A stretch of 32,935 bases of DNA. It comes from Octopus bimaculoides. Its lineage: Eukaryota. This document shows positions 11,663 to 21,977 of this stretch, in pieces. The notes beneath the pieces were generated by a model. It was not told the origin of the DNA and did not search any database. It worked only from the letters and a program-made list of their open reading frames with translations. The DNA lies in the NCBI RefSeq assembly GCF_001194135.2, contig NC_068988.1, positions 11,762,772 to 11,795,706 on the forward strand, in the 5' to 3' direction. Numbering within the stretch: the stretch's first letter is position 1; each line of letters begins with the position of its first letter. Made by a program: the position numbers and the translations under genes.

Positions 11663-12079
11663 TCTTTTAGTTATTGCAGTCATTAGACTGCGGTCATGCT
11701 GCAGCACCAACTTGAAAGATTTCGATACCACAGTACTTTTTTTACTTATTCTTCCAGTTACTTTTGCCTGATCGTTACGGGGACGTCAACAAATTAACAC
11801 CGGTTGTCAAGCTGTGGGGAGTCTAAAACAGACAAAAAGACGCATGCGCACACATATCTGCATATATATGTGTGTGTGTGTGTGCGTGCGTGTTTGTGTG
11901 CGTGTCTAAACACGCGCGCACGATGGGTTTCTTTCAGTTTCTATCTACTACATCCACTCACAAGGCTTTGGTTGGCGTGGAGCTGTAGTAGAAGACTCTT
12001 GTTTAAGGTGCCACGCACTGGGACTAGATCCGAATCCTCCACTTTGAATAGCAAACTCCTTAACCACACAACCATGCCT
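11663..12079 (-). mobile_element. SINE A, degraded near full-length copy
   Basis: 3' end GCAGTCATTAGACTGCGGTCATGCTGCAGCACC, body GGGGACGTCAACA, (GT) core, 5' half CACTCACAAGGCTTTGG..GTAGAAGAC..AAGGTGCCACGCACTGGGACT..CTTAACCACACAACCATGCC. Confidence 0.85.
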
Positions 12080-12838
12080 TAAGCAATTTCAATAGATTTA
12101 TATTATATCTTGAGAAATATAAATATTATTCAACTTTTTCCTCAACATCCAAATTCTCATCATTAAAAAGGATTTAATATCTTTTGTTCCATTCCTGTTA
12201 GATATTACCATACCCTGAACAGTCACACAGAACTGTCTGTCGCCTTATGGCTTGCTAACCATAATATATTGTCATAGAATTAATCTAATCGTAGGTTTTA
12301 TCGTGTAATACACACGTGGAAATACTCCTACATTTATTTGATCGAAAAACTGAGTATTACTACTCGGATATCTGGCCGTGTTCCATCTGTTTCCCTGACA
12401 CCTGAGTATCTGAGAAAAAAAACATGTTTTTGTCATAATTTTGTAATAGACAAGAGAAGTATCATTAATAAAACAGCGTAAAAATAATTGTTTTCTGTAT
12501 TGTCTTCTCTAAACGTCTTGCTTTAAAATAGTTTATATTTCTTTGACATTTCACATGAAGGGCGGCAGTAAAATCTTCCATTTCATCTCCAATAAATCAC
12601 AAAGTCAAAGAGATTGAAAAGCACTGAACTAGAGAATAGCTCTCGGGAAGTCAGTTCGCCGGAAGACAATTTTGCTATTGTTGCTGTTTATCCCTCAAGC
12701 CAGTCTGTGAACAGGCAGACCTATTGTCAAAGATAAATTCCATCCGTAACCTCGTTTTCCTTCCTCTTTCAGACTTAATTTACTCTTGAGCTACATTCTC
12801 TAATGTCATTTTCTCTTTTTGTAAAGATAGCTGAAAGT

Positions 12839-12916
12839 ACGTGGCTTAATAGTGATTAGGGTGTTCTGGGTTCAATTTCTGGACTGGGTAGTGCGTTGTG
12901 ACTTTCTGCGAACAAG
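12839..12916 (+). mobile_element. Degraded tRNA-like SINE head (B/D type)
   Basis: ACGTGGCTTAATAGTGATTAGGGTGTT..GGTTCAATTTCTGGACTGGG..GCGTTGTG parallels the heads at 5035 (minus) and 31676. Confidence 0.6.
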
Positions 12917-12923
12917 CCTAGTG

Positions 12924-13460
12924 GTGGTGCAGGAGTCTCACCCTCCGGCAGTCACATCGAGTATATGACAGCTAGGTCATAAATAAGCAGAGGAAGAAGA
13001 TGCTTATATCTGTTCGCAACTACGCCCGTTTCGTGCTACAGTACAATCTACTCTGCTCTGCTCTGAATGCTGGTCTCTTTCTGTGGCCTAACAGCAATCA
13101 AGATGCAGTACATACGCTCGACTTCTGTGCGCGACGTTTTTAGCATTTCTTATGCTGGCCATGTAGCAAACAAATCATTATATGGGTCTTTAGCGCCCCT
13201 CAGTCAAACAATCAAAGGCCACTAAAATTCGCAGGTCACTATTTTCACCGAGCAGATCAACTTGCCGCTGCACTTTTTCCTATAATCCCAGTGGCACATT
13301 CAAGCCTGGTAGTCAAGCCAAAATGATACACGTCCTTGACCTCATGCAGGATACAGGACTGTGCACTGTTTCAGAGTTGACATGCACAATGTCATATCGC
13401 ATAGCCTGGAGGGAAGTTTGCTCTCAACTTGGAATCGACGTCCATGAGTGATGTAATGTA
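12924..13460 (+). mobile_element. RTE-clade non-LTR retrotransposon, 5'-truncated 3' remnant (pseudogenised RT C-terminus)
   Basis: Frame-shifted peptides VVQ..GSHI / FRATVQSTLLCSECWSLSVA*..TYARLL / NKSLYGSLAPLSQTIK / LKFAGHYF / PSGTFKPG..QDTGLCTVSEL..R.AWREVC..* (stop 13449-13451), then a short TGATGTAATGTA tail. They match in order the RTE C-terminal motifs YLGS, FRATVE.LLYGSE.W, LYG.LP, L.FAGH and DR..WR. Confidence 0.85.
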
Positions 13461-13618
13461 CACTAAAAGAACTCGCGACTACAATAGGCTCCGAAAAGAA
13501 TCAGCCAAAACGTAGAACAATTTACCAAGATACACACATTAAGATTGTTTTAAAGATGGTTGTTTGTAACGAAGGCAGATTTGGTGACTGTTACAAGTAT
13601 AGGGAGCGATGGCGTGTA

Positions 13619-14213
13619 TACAGGGGTGTACCCAAAAGAAACCGGAATTTTGCAATATTATTTTATTATTTCACTTTACTTGTTTACGTTTTCATCGCCT
13701 TCAAAGTAGTGTCCATTTGGAGCAAGTAATGCATAGGTCCAGACCCGTTTTCCACTGTTGGAAGCAGTGTTGGAACTCTTGCGAAGTGAAGCCTTTTAAC
13801 GCCTTTTAACGCCTACATCGACAAATTCCGTAGCACCAGTGATGACATTCGAAAAAAGGGCCCGGATCATATTCTAACTGTTCTTTCAGTTTACGACACG
13901 CATTTAGTCGTGACTGCTTTTGATCTTCCCTGAGCAAGCGAGGCACAAATTTTACTGTGGTTCTTTTCATTTACAATTCCTCGCTCAAATTTCGCTGGCA
14001 AGAGTTCCAAGACACACCAGTCATATCAAGAAATTTGCCAATTGTTCCCTGACAGTCTTCCAAGAAGCAAGTTCGGGAGGTCAATGGCCGCTCTGCACGA
14101 CGTTGGTCTTCAAACGACAAGTGACCATTCCTAAAGCGTGAAAACCACTCGTAAACTAGTGTTTTGTTCATGGCAGCGTCCTTGTTAGCAGTTTGAAGCA
14201 GAGCAACTGTTTT
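13619..14213 (-). mobile_element. Mariner (Tc1/mariner) transposon remnant, internally deleted, one TIR retained
   Basis: Minus-strand peptides TVALLQTANKDAAMNKTLVYEWFSRFRNGHLSFEDQRRAERP (HTH region), MKRTTVKFVPRLLREDQKQSRLNACRKLKEQLE (FVPRLL = WVPHEL-equivalent linker) and C-terminal ALKGFTSQEFQHCFQQWK..HYFEGD. Right end TA|CAGGGGTGTACCCAAAAGAAACCGGAATTT at 13619-13650. Confidence 0.92.
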
Positions 14214-14489
14214 GTAAATAATGTAAATAATGTACATAATTCCTCGTCTCTTAAGTATAGAACTGTATTACTCAACGCAGTGCTTGCTCCAAGAAACGAT
14301 AATTATTAAAAATTAGAGCCGTGGTTAGGAGAGAAAAGTGTTTACTTAATGATCGACACTGGGCATGATAGATAGAACGCAACAAACATCGATATTTCAA
14401 TTAATTAAGAATTAATTTTAGAGTTTATTTTTAATTGCTCTAGTTCTTATTTGAAGTTATCGCAGCATTTGTTTCTTTACAGTTCTCCA

Positions 14490-14918
14490 TGTCTCTCAAG
14501 TCATCTCTCTCTCCCTCTCTCTCCCTCTCTCTCTCCCTGTCACTCCCCTTCTCTTTTACCCTCTCCCTCTCCCTGTCTCTCTCCCTCTCTCAATTAGTCT
14601 CTCTCTTTCTCTCTTTCTCTTTTTCTCCCTCTCATACTCTCTCTCTCTATCTATCTATCTCTATCTCTCTCTCTCACTCTCTCTCTCTCTGTCCCTCACA
14701 CTCCCCTTCTATTTCTCCCTCTCCCTGTCTCTCTCCCTCTCTCAATTCGTCTCTTTCTTTCTCTCATTCTTTTTTTCTCATTCTCTCTCTCATTCTCTCT
14801 CTCTCATTCTTTCTCTCTCATTCTCTCTCTCTCATTCTTTCTCTCTCATTCTCTCTCTCTCTCATTCTCTCTCTCTCATTCTCTCTGTCTCATTCTCTCT
14901 CTCTCGTTCTCTCTCTCT

Positions 14919-14990
<72 letters not shown>
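14490..14990. repeat. CT-rich tract grading into (CT)n-CATT units and pure (CT)n (14924-14990)
   Basis: Direct reading. Confidence 0.95.
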
Positions 14991-14994
<4 letters not shown>

Positions 14995-15259
14995 TTCGAA
15001 AGTAATAAGAACATCGATAAAATAACACAATTATCCCTGACATACGGTAAGATCCACTGCGTAGTCACCACATCGGCTAGAAATACCAGTCAACATATCT
15101 CCCCTAAATGACACGATAACACCTTTAAAATGACAAGAAAACGTCAGATCATGTATTCCCCAACCATATACGGAGCAAAAAGACACAAACATAATGGTGA
15201 CGGTTGAGAAGAAACGGTTTTATCATAGTTCTTGTCTGAACGCAACTGACCTGGGAGCA

Positions 15260-15336
15260 ATACAACAACAACAGGAGCAACAACTGCAACACCACCACTA
15301 CCACCACCAACAACAACAACAATAACAACAACAATA
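15260..15336. repeat. (CAA)/(CAC) trinucleotide repeat
   Basis: Direct reading. Confidence 0.9.
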
Positions 15337-15989
15337 GTTATTAGCACCAAGGACATCGTGACTTGCCAATGGTCTCCTTGGCTTGGTATGATAACTCTGT
15401 AATCAATACTTACAGCAGTGACTCAGCGCACGGCCCAGGAATTTCACGTCCAAAAATCTGATTCAATTGTTTCGTACCCCCACCCATGTTCCTGTCTCTC
15501 ACTCTATCCATGCATGTATTTATGTATGTATATATATATATATATATATATATNNNNNNNNNNNNNNNNNNNNNNNNNNNNNNNNNNNNNNNNNNNNNNN
15601 NNNNNNNNNNNNNNNNNNNNNNNNNNNNNNNNNNNNNNNNNNNNNNNNNNNNNNNNNNNNNNNNNNNNNNNNNNNNNNNNNNNNNNNNNNNNNNNNNNNN
15701 NNNNNNNNNNNNNNNNNNNNNNNNNNNNNNNNNNNNNNNNNNNNNNNNNNNNNNNNNNNNNNNNNNNNNNNNNNNNNNNNNNNNNNNNNNNNNNNNNNNN
15801 NNNNNNNNNNNNNNNNNNNNNNNNNNNNNNNNNNNNNNNNNNNNNNNNNNNNNNNNNNNNNNNNNNNNNNNNNNNNNNNNNNNNNNNNNNNNNNNNNNNN
15901 NNNNNNNNNNNNNNNNNNNNNNNNNNNNNNNNNNNNNNNNNNNNNNNNNNNNNNNNNNNNNNNNNATATATATATATATATATATATAC

Positions 15990-16742
15990 ACTTTCCATTT
16001 GTTCATCTTCAGATATTTTTCGCTTCTTTCCTTCCGCCTCTTCTTCCTCCTCTTCTCTTCTCTCCTTCACACGCGCTATTCCATCTCATATTATTCCTAT
16101 ACTCTCTTCATCGCCTTCCTTTCTTTTCTTCGTTTTCTTCGTTCTTTATCTTTCTCCTTCCTATTTCTGCTTTTTCATTCTTACCTTCTGTTCTCTTCGC
16201 TTTCGTTCTCCATTTTTCTTTTTGCTTCTGTTTATTTTTCGTTCCTTTCATTCACTTATCATTTCCTCCATACATTTTTCGCTCTTCGTTCACTTGTATT
16301 CATCTATTTCAGTCTTCGTCCTTCTTTCGTTCTGTTATATTTTCTTTCATTTCCTACTCCTTTTCCTTCCAATTTTCTTCGTTCCTCTTGTAATTCTTTC
16401 TCCTATTCCGTTTGCCTTTCTTCTTCATTTTCGTTGCATATTTCATTCCTTGCTCTTTTCGTAATTATCTCCATTCTCATTTCAGCTACTTCTTCATTTT
16501 CTTCTTTCTTCTTTGTTCTTTTTCTTCTTTAGTTTTCGACTTCATTCCTCATTTACCTTTTAGTTCCATCCTCCTATTTATTACTCCACTTTCTTTTTCC
16601 TTCGCCACTCACAGTCAATCTTTACTCTTCTGAAGGCTACACCTGGTCTCTCCAATTTTATTTCGCTCTTTCTCTCTCTCACGCTGTCTCTCTCCATCTC
16701 TCTCTCTATTTCTCAATCTGCTCCGTGAACCATTCTATATAT

Positions 16743-16809
<67 letters not shown>

Positions 16810-16817
16810 CTCTCTCT
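15990..16817. repeat. Long degenerate pyrimidine-rich (TTC/CT) low-complexity tract ending in (CT)n
   Basis: Direct reading; strong strand asymmetry; gives F/S/L-rich pseudo-ORFs. Confidence 0.88.
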
Positions 16818-17335
16818 NNNNNNNNNNNNNNNNNNNNNNNNNNNNNNNNNNNNNNNNNNNNNNNNNNNNNNNNNNNNNNNNNNNNNNNNNNNNNNNNNNN
16901 NNNNNNNNNNNNNNNNNNNNNNNNNNNNNNNNNNNNNNNNNNNNNNNNNNNNNNNNNNNNNNNNNNNNNNNNNNNNNNNNNNNNNNNNNNNNNNNNNNNN
17001 NNNNNNNNNNNNNNNNNNNNNNNNNNNNNNNNNNNNNNNNNNNNNNNNNNNNNNNNNNNNNNNNNNNNNNNNNNNNNNNNNNNNNNNNNNNNNNNNNNNN
17101 NNNNNNNNNNNNNNNNNNNNNNNNNNNNNNNNNNNNNNNNNNNNNNNNNNNNNNNNNNNNNNNNNNNNNNNNNNNNNNNNNNNNNNNNNNNNNNNNNNNN
17201 NNNNNNNNNNNNNNNNNNNNNNNNNNNNNNNNNNNNNNNNNNNNNNNNNNNNNNNNNNNNNNNNNNNNNNNNNNNNNNNNNNNNNNNNNNNNNNNNNNNN
17301 NNNNNNNNNNNNNNNNNNNNNNNNNNNNNNNNNNN

Positions 17336-17370
<35 letters not shown>

Positions 17371-17609
17371 ATATATAAACATAATTAATCCTTTACCCTT
17401 TTAATTTTTAATAATATATATATATGTATATATATATATACACACACACATATATACATAAAGCATGTATTTGTGCTCTGTCATCATAGCTCGCGCTCTC
17501 CTACGATTCTACCTTTTGTTCTCTCCTTGCATCTTGCCTTTAGCTTTCTTCATGTCATTTCTTCTCATCTTTGTTTCCCGACATTCTACCCCTCCCTCCT
17601 CACCATCCA

Positions 17610-17790
17610 AAGCCACCACCACTACTACTACTACTAATAATAATAATAATAATAACAATGATGATACTATTCTCAATAACCTATCCACGCTACTTCTTCG
17701 CATATGCTCCCTTTCACCGATGGTCTTCTCCACTAATAATAAACGCTTGCTGTGAATGCATATATGCAGGTATGTATGTTGGTATACATG

Positions 17791-17822
<32 letters not shown>

Positions 17823-17827
17823 CATAC

Positions 17828-17889
<62 letters not shown>
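17610..17889. repeat. (CCA)(CTA)(ATA) compound repeat, (CA)n and (GATA)n 17826-17889
   Basis: Direct reading. Confidence 0.88.
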
Positions 17890-18010
17890 TCTTTACTCCT
17901 TACTTGTTTCAGTCATTTGACTGCGGCCATGCTGGAGCACTGCTTTTTAGTCCGGGAAATCGACCCCAGGACTTATTCTTTGGAAGCCTAGTACTTATTC
18001 TATTGGTCTC
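17890..18010 (-). mobile_element. SINE A, young-looking 3' fragment
   Basis: TACTTGTTTCAGTCATTTGACTGCGGCCATGCTGGAGCAC..TCGACCCCAGGACTTATTCTTTGGAAGCCTAGTACTTATTCTAT is the reverse complement of the tail of the 30217 copy. Confidence 0.9.
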
Positions 18011-18172
18011 GTACAAAATATATACCGTTCCTCATTCGTACCTTCATGTACTGCTACTCTTGAATCCTAATATTTGGTTGTATATACAAAAATGCATTTA
18101 TGTGTAAATACGTGCGTGCAACATGTGTGTAAAAGAATATCATTGTTTACATAATTTATTTAGTATATAATA

Positions 18173-18510
18173 GGTGCAGGAGTGGCTGTGTGGTAAGTTG
18201 CTTGTTTACCAGCCACATGGTTCCGGGTTCAGTCTCACTGCGTGACATCTTGGGCAAGTGTCTTCTACTTTGGCCTCAGGCCGACCAAAGCCTTGTGAGT
18301 GGATTTGGTAGACGGAAACTGAAAGAAGCCCATCGTATATATGTATATATATGTATATGTGTGTGTGTGTCTGTGTTTGTCCCCCTAGCATTGCTTGACA
18401 ACCGATGCTAGTGTGTTTACGTCCCCGTAACCTAGCGGTTCGGCAAAAAGCACCAATAAATAAGCGCATGGCGGCAGTCAAATGACTGAAACAAGTGAAA
18501 GAACAAGAGG
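18173..18510 (+). mobile_element. SINE A, near full length (deletion in 3' part)
   Basis: GGTGCAGGAGTGGCTGTGTGG (A box), GGTTCAGTCTC (B box), body, internal (TA)/(TG), and tail GCATGGCGGCAGTCAAATGACTGAAACAAGTGAAAGA. Confidence 0.95.
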
Positions 18511-19786
18511 AAAAAAAAAGAATATATATATATATCAACTACTTGGCTTTTAATGCGTATTTATAAATAGCGAAGTAATCAATATATTTGCTTAAACACA
18601 TTATGTATACGACTATTTGATCGGCTATTAAAAATTTATGTTTCATTTATATTATATCAATCTGCTTAAAGAGCATATGAAAATTGTGACTATATATATN
18701 NNNNNNNNNNNNNNNNNNNNNNNNNNNNNNNNNNNNNNNNNNNNNNNNNNNNNNNNNNNNNNNNNNNNNNNNNNNNNNNNNNNNNNNNNNNNNNNNNNNN
18801 NNNNNNNNNNNNNNNNNNNNNNNNNNNNNNNNNNNNNNNNNNNNNNNNNNNNNNNNNNNNNNNNNNNNNNNNNNNNNNNNNNNNNNNNNNNNNNNNNNNN
18901 NNNNNNNNNNNNNNNNNNNNNNNNNNNNNNNNNNNNNNNNNNNNNNNNNNNNNNNNNNNNNNNNNNNNNNNNNNNNNNNNNNNNNNNNNNNNNNNNNNNN
19001 NNNNNNNNNNNNNNNNNNNNNNNNNNNNNNNNNNNNNNNNNNNNNNNNNNNNNNNNNNNNNNNNNNNNNNNNNNNNNNNNNNNNNNNNNNNNNNNNNNNN
19101 NNNNNNNNNNNNNNNNNNNNNNNNNNNNNNNNNNNNNNNNNNNNNNNNNNNNNNNNNNNNNNNNNNNNNNNNNNNNNNNNNNNNNNNNNNNNNNNNNNNN
19201 NNNNNNNNNNNNNNNNNNNNNNNNNNNNNNNNNNNNNNNNNNNNNNNNNNNNNNNNNNNNNNNNNNNNNNNNNNNNNNNNNNNNNNNNNNNNNNNNNNNN
19301 NNNNNNNNNNNNNNNNNNNNNNNNNNNNNNNNNNNNNNNNNNNNNNNNNNNNNNNNNNNNNNNNNNNNNNNNNNNNNNNNNNNNNNNNNNNNNNNNNNNN
19401 NNNNNNNNNNNNNNNNNNNNNNNNNNNNNNNNNNNNNNNNNNNNNNNNNNNNNNNNNNNNNNNNNNNNNNNNNNNNNNNNNNNNNNNNNNNNNNNNNNNN
19501 NNNNNNNNNNNNNNNNNNNNNNNNNTTAATGACGTGTTTGAATATAAAGAATTTCTTGCACTGGCAAAGTGCAATTTATTACGAAAACTTAGTTTAATCG
19601 CCCGCAGTTCATGAGTGATTTCAAGTCGACTCGGACCGAGTTTAAACATAAAAATATAGAATGAATATGAATGAAGTTAGAACGACACAAAAGGAGGTGT
19701 GTATCTGGACACTAGACCGTCAAGTAATTGCTCACAAAATCTCCCTCCACTGTAAGCATTCTGTTGCATTAAATAAAGCAAAGAGT

Positions 19787-19988
19787 GCGACGAGCTGGCA
19801 GAAACGTTAGCGCGCCGGGAGAAATGCTTAGCGGTATTTTGTCTGTCTTTACGTTCTAAGTTTAAATTCCGCCAAGGTCGACTTTGCCTTTTCGGGGTCG
19901 ATAGATTCATACTAGTTGCGTACTGGGCTCGATCTAATCTACTGGCTTCCTCCCTAAATTTCGGGCCTTGCGCCTAGAGCAGAGAAAA
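19787..19988 (+). mobile_element. tRNA-like SINE, family C, copy 1
   Basis: CGAGCTGGCAGAAACGTTAGCGCGCCGGGAGAAATGCTTAGCGGTATTT..GTTCTAAGTTTAAATTCCGCC..GGTCGACTTTGCC; homologous to 19990-20210 and 22035-22167. Confidence 0.88.
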
Positions 19989-19989
19989 A

Positions 19990-20210
19990 GGCGAGCTGGT
20001 GGAATGGTTAGCACTCCGGACAAAATGCTTTGCAGGGTTTCTTTAGGATTTAAGTTTTGTGTTCGAATTACGCCGAGGTAGAATTTGCTGTTCATCCTTG
20101 AGGGGCGGAGGTTGATAAAATAAATACCAATTGAGTACTGAGATCATTGTAATCGACTAACCACCCCTTTAACAAAATTTCACATCCTGTGACTATAGTA
20201 GAAGAAAAAA
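19990..20210 (+). mobile_element. SINE C, copy 2, head-to-tail with copy 1 and more diverged
   Basis: GGCGAGCTGGTGGAATGGTTAGCACTCCGGACAAAATGCTT..GTTCGAATTACGCCGAGG..TTTGCTGTTCATCC..GATAAAATAAATACCA..GTAATCGACT..AAAATTTC..GTG.CTATAGTAGAA. Confidence 0.85.
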
Positions 20211-20301
20211 TAAAATAATACATCACTGAACCTTATAATGATGGGGTGGTGCTACGACAGTAATTTCTTCAACTAGCAATTCGTTCTACGAAGTTTCCCC
20301 A

Positions 20302-20336
20302 GGGAAGAGGGCAACAGAGGGGAAGGGGAAATGGGG
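20302..20336 (+). other. Putative G-quadruplex with five G tracts
   Basis: GGG-AAGA-GGG-CAACAGA-GGGG-AA-GGGG-AAAT-GGGG fits G3+N1-7. Confidence 0.6.
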
Positions 20337-21215
20337 CAAACACAACTAGCAATAATAACAACAACAATAGCAATGAATTTTGAAGTGTAAACCACTTGGC
20401 TCTTGAGTTTCAGCCAAACCAATGAAGTTCAGCTTAAGTGAATTACAACGGTGATAATCGTCATCAAAATAGTATATATGGAGTTTTGAAACCTATATAT
20501 CCCACAAGAGCTTTTATATACGTATCATGAATAATGAAGTGTAAAAATATGTCATTACAAATTCGTTTTTGCGTGCAGACAATGATGTAATATGTCTGAC
20601 AGATCTCTGTAGTAAACAAACACTAAACTAGGTGTGAGCTCTGTATTTGCTATCGTTATTATTAATATTGTTTAGTATACAATTTAGGAAGTATATTTAC
20701 AATAATTTTTTTTCCGATCAAACATCTTTAAAAACATTTAATGTTATGTTTAATGTTTAGAGACATAATTCTTTTTTCTTTTTATCCTCGCCAATCAGAA
20801 ATTTTAAGCAGAGCAACCACATCAAGTTTCTTCTGAAGGCTCCCGAGGCCTCAGTTATAAATATGAATCATGATTTCTATTGTCCACATTGCAATGTGCT
20901 TCTGGCTTCCTGATAAAATTATGTGTCCGTATCTTAAGTTGCTACTAACCTCAGTAATTGCATTCCACCACGTCTTTGATTTCCATACCTAAAACATAAA
21001 TATTTAGAGCATATTCAAAAGAAAGGCAGTGACATGGCGGACTCACTAGAATACCAAATAAAATATGGCGATATTATTTCATCTGTTACAAGCAAATTTT
21101 TCAGTTGCTCTTGTTCTAGATACACTTCCAGTAGCAAATGTTGCTGGCGTTGCTCTCACTTTGTTGCAAGCAATTTTTAAAGTTGTTGTGGTTCGTGGAT
21201 ACATTTGTTGTTAAA

Positions 21216-21509
21216 ATTGCAAGAATGTGGACTATGAAGAGAGTCTGTCATTCCAGTAGTTGTAGGTGGACTCGAAGCACTAACAAATAAGTTCGAGAAA
21301 TAGGTCAGAGAAATCGGAATTGACATGAGGACAGTTAGGATTTTGAGTCTGGTACCTGAGTGTTGAATGCCATGCACGGAAATTAACAACCAATTATCAA
21401 AGATTATAATGTGTGGAAAGAGACCCTGTGAGACATCTGACAACAGGTTGATGTCCACTCTCACAGAACAAAAAAGACCGAGCGTTCTGAGATGTAAAGC
21501 AATAATAAT
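21216..21509 (+). mobile_element. R4/Dong-like (restriction-like endonuclease) LINE 3' remnant 1 with 3'UTR and AAT tail
   Basis: IARMWTMKR / SVIPVVVGGLEALTNKFEK*VREIGIDMR / TVRILSLVPEC* (stop 21364-21366), about 130 nt of UTR, then AATAATAAT. Matches the 'RMW...IPVVVGALG...TARIL' end of RLE LINEs. Confidence 0.75.
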
Positions 21510-21784
21510 CGATACGACTATCTTAATCTACATAATCGTATCTGTGAAGATTTACCAAAAACTGAGTAAGTATAAAAATCTTGAAATAGAAATTGGCAAA
21601 ATGTGGAACCTCAAGACTTGAATAATATCTGTTGTCATAGGTGTCCTAGGAATGCTAGAAAAGGGAACTAGTGGTTTGCTGTCTCAAATTCCAGGAAATC
21701 CTAAAGTTGGATAAATTACGAAATAGTATTCATGCGAACTGGTCATAGCCTTCGAAAATTACTAATTCGAAAAACACTTTAATC
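21507..21784 (+). mobile_element. R4/Dong-like LINE 3' remnant 2 (different subfamily)
   Basis: IDTTI..VSVKIYQKLSKYKNLEIEIGKMWNLKT*IISVVIGVLGMLEKG..QIPGNP / IVFMRTGHSLRK..KTL matches the RLE motif K..KY.DLEIEI..MW.LK..IPVVIGALG. Confidence 0.85.
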
Positions 21785-21977
21785 GGTAAACATGATAAAA
21801 GTAAGGATTGTTTGCCCATATAACATAGCAGTCGTGTGTGTGCATGTGCGCGTGTGTGTGTCTGTCTATGTGTGTATGAATGTGTGTGTGTGTGTGCGTA
21901 TGCGAGTAATATAAGTGTATGTGAGAGAGAGAACATGTGACCGTGCGTGGTAGCCTAAAGAGTGTGTGTATGCGTGT

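Noticed and set aside
11520-11771. 83-aa ORF MFFKPYMVRMFEK..
   Set aside because: The second half is read through a minus-strand SINE A tail; no homology recognised.
20799-20913. Strong polypyrimidine acceptor followed by NFKQSNHIKF..FYCPHCNVLLAS* (CxxC)
   Set aside because: A single CxxC with no partner ligands, an early stop, and no linked upstream exon.
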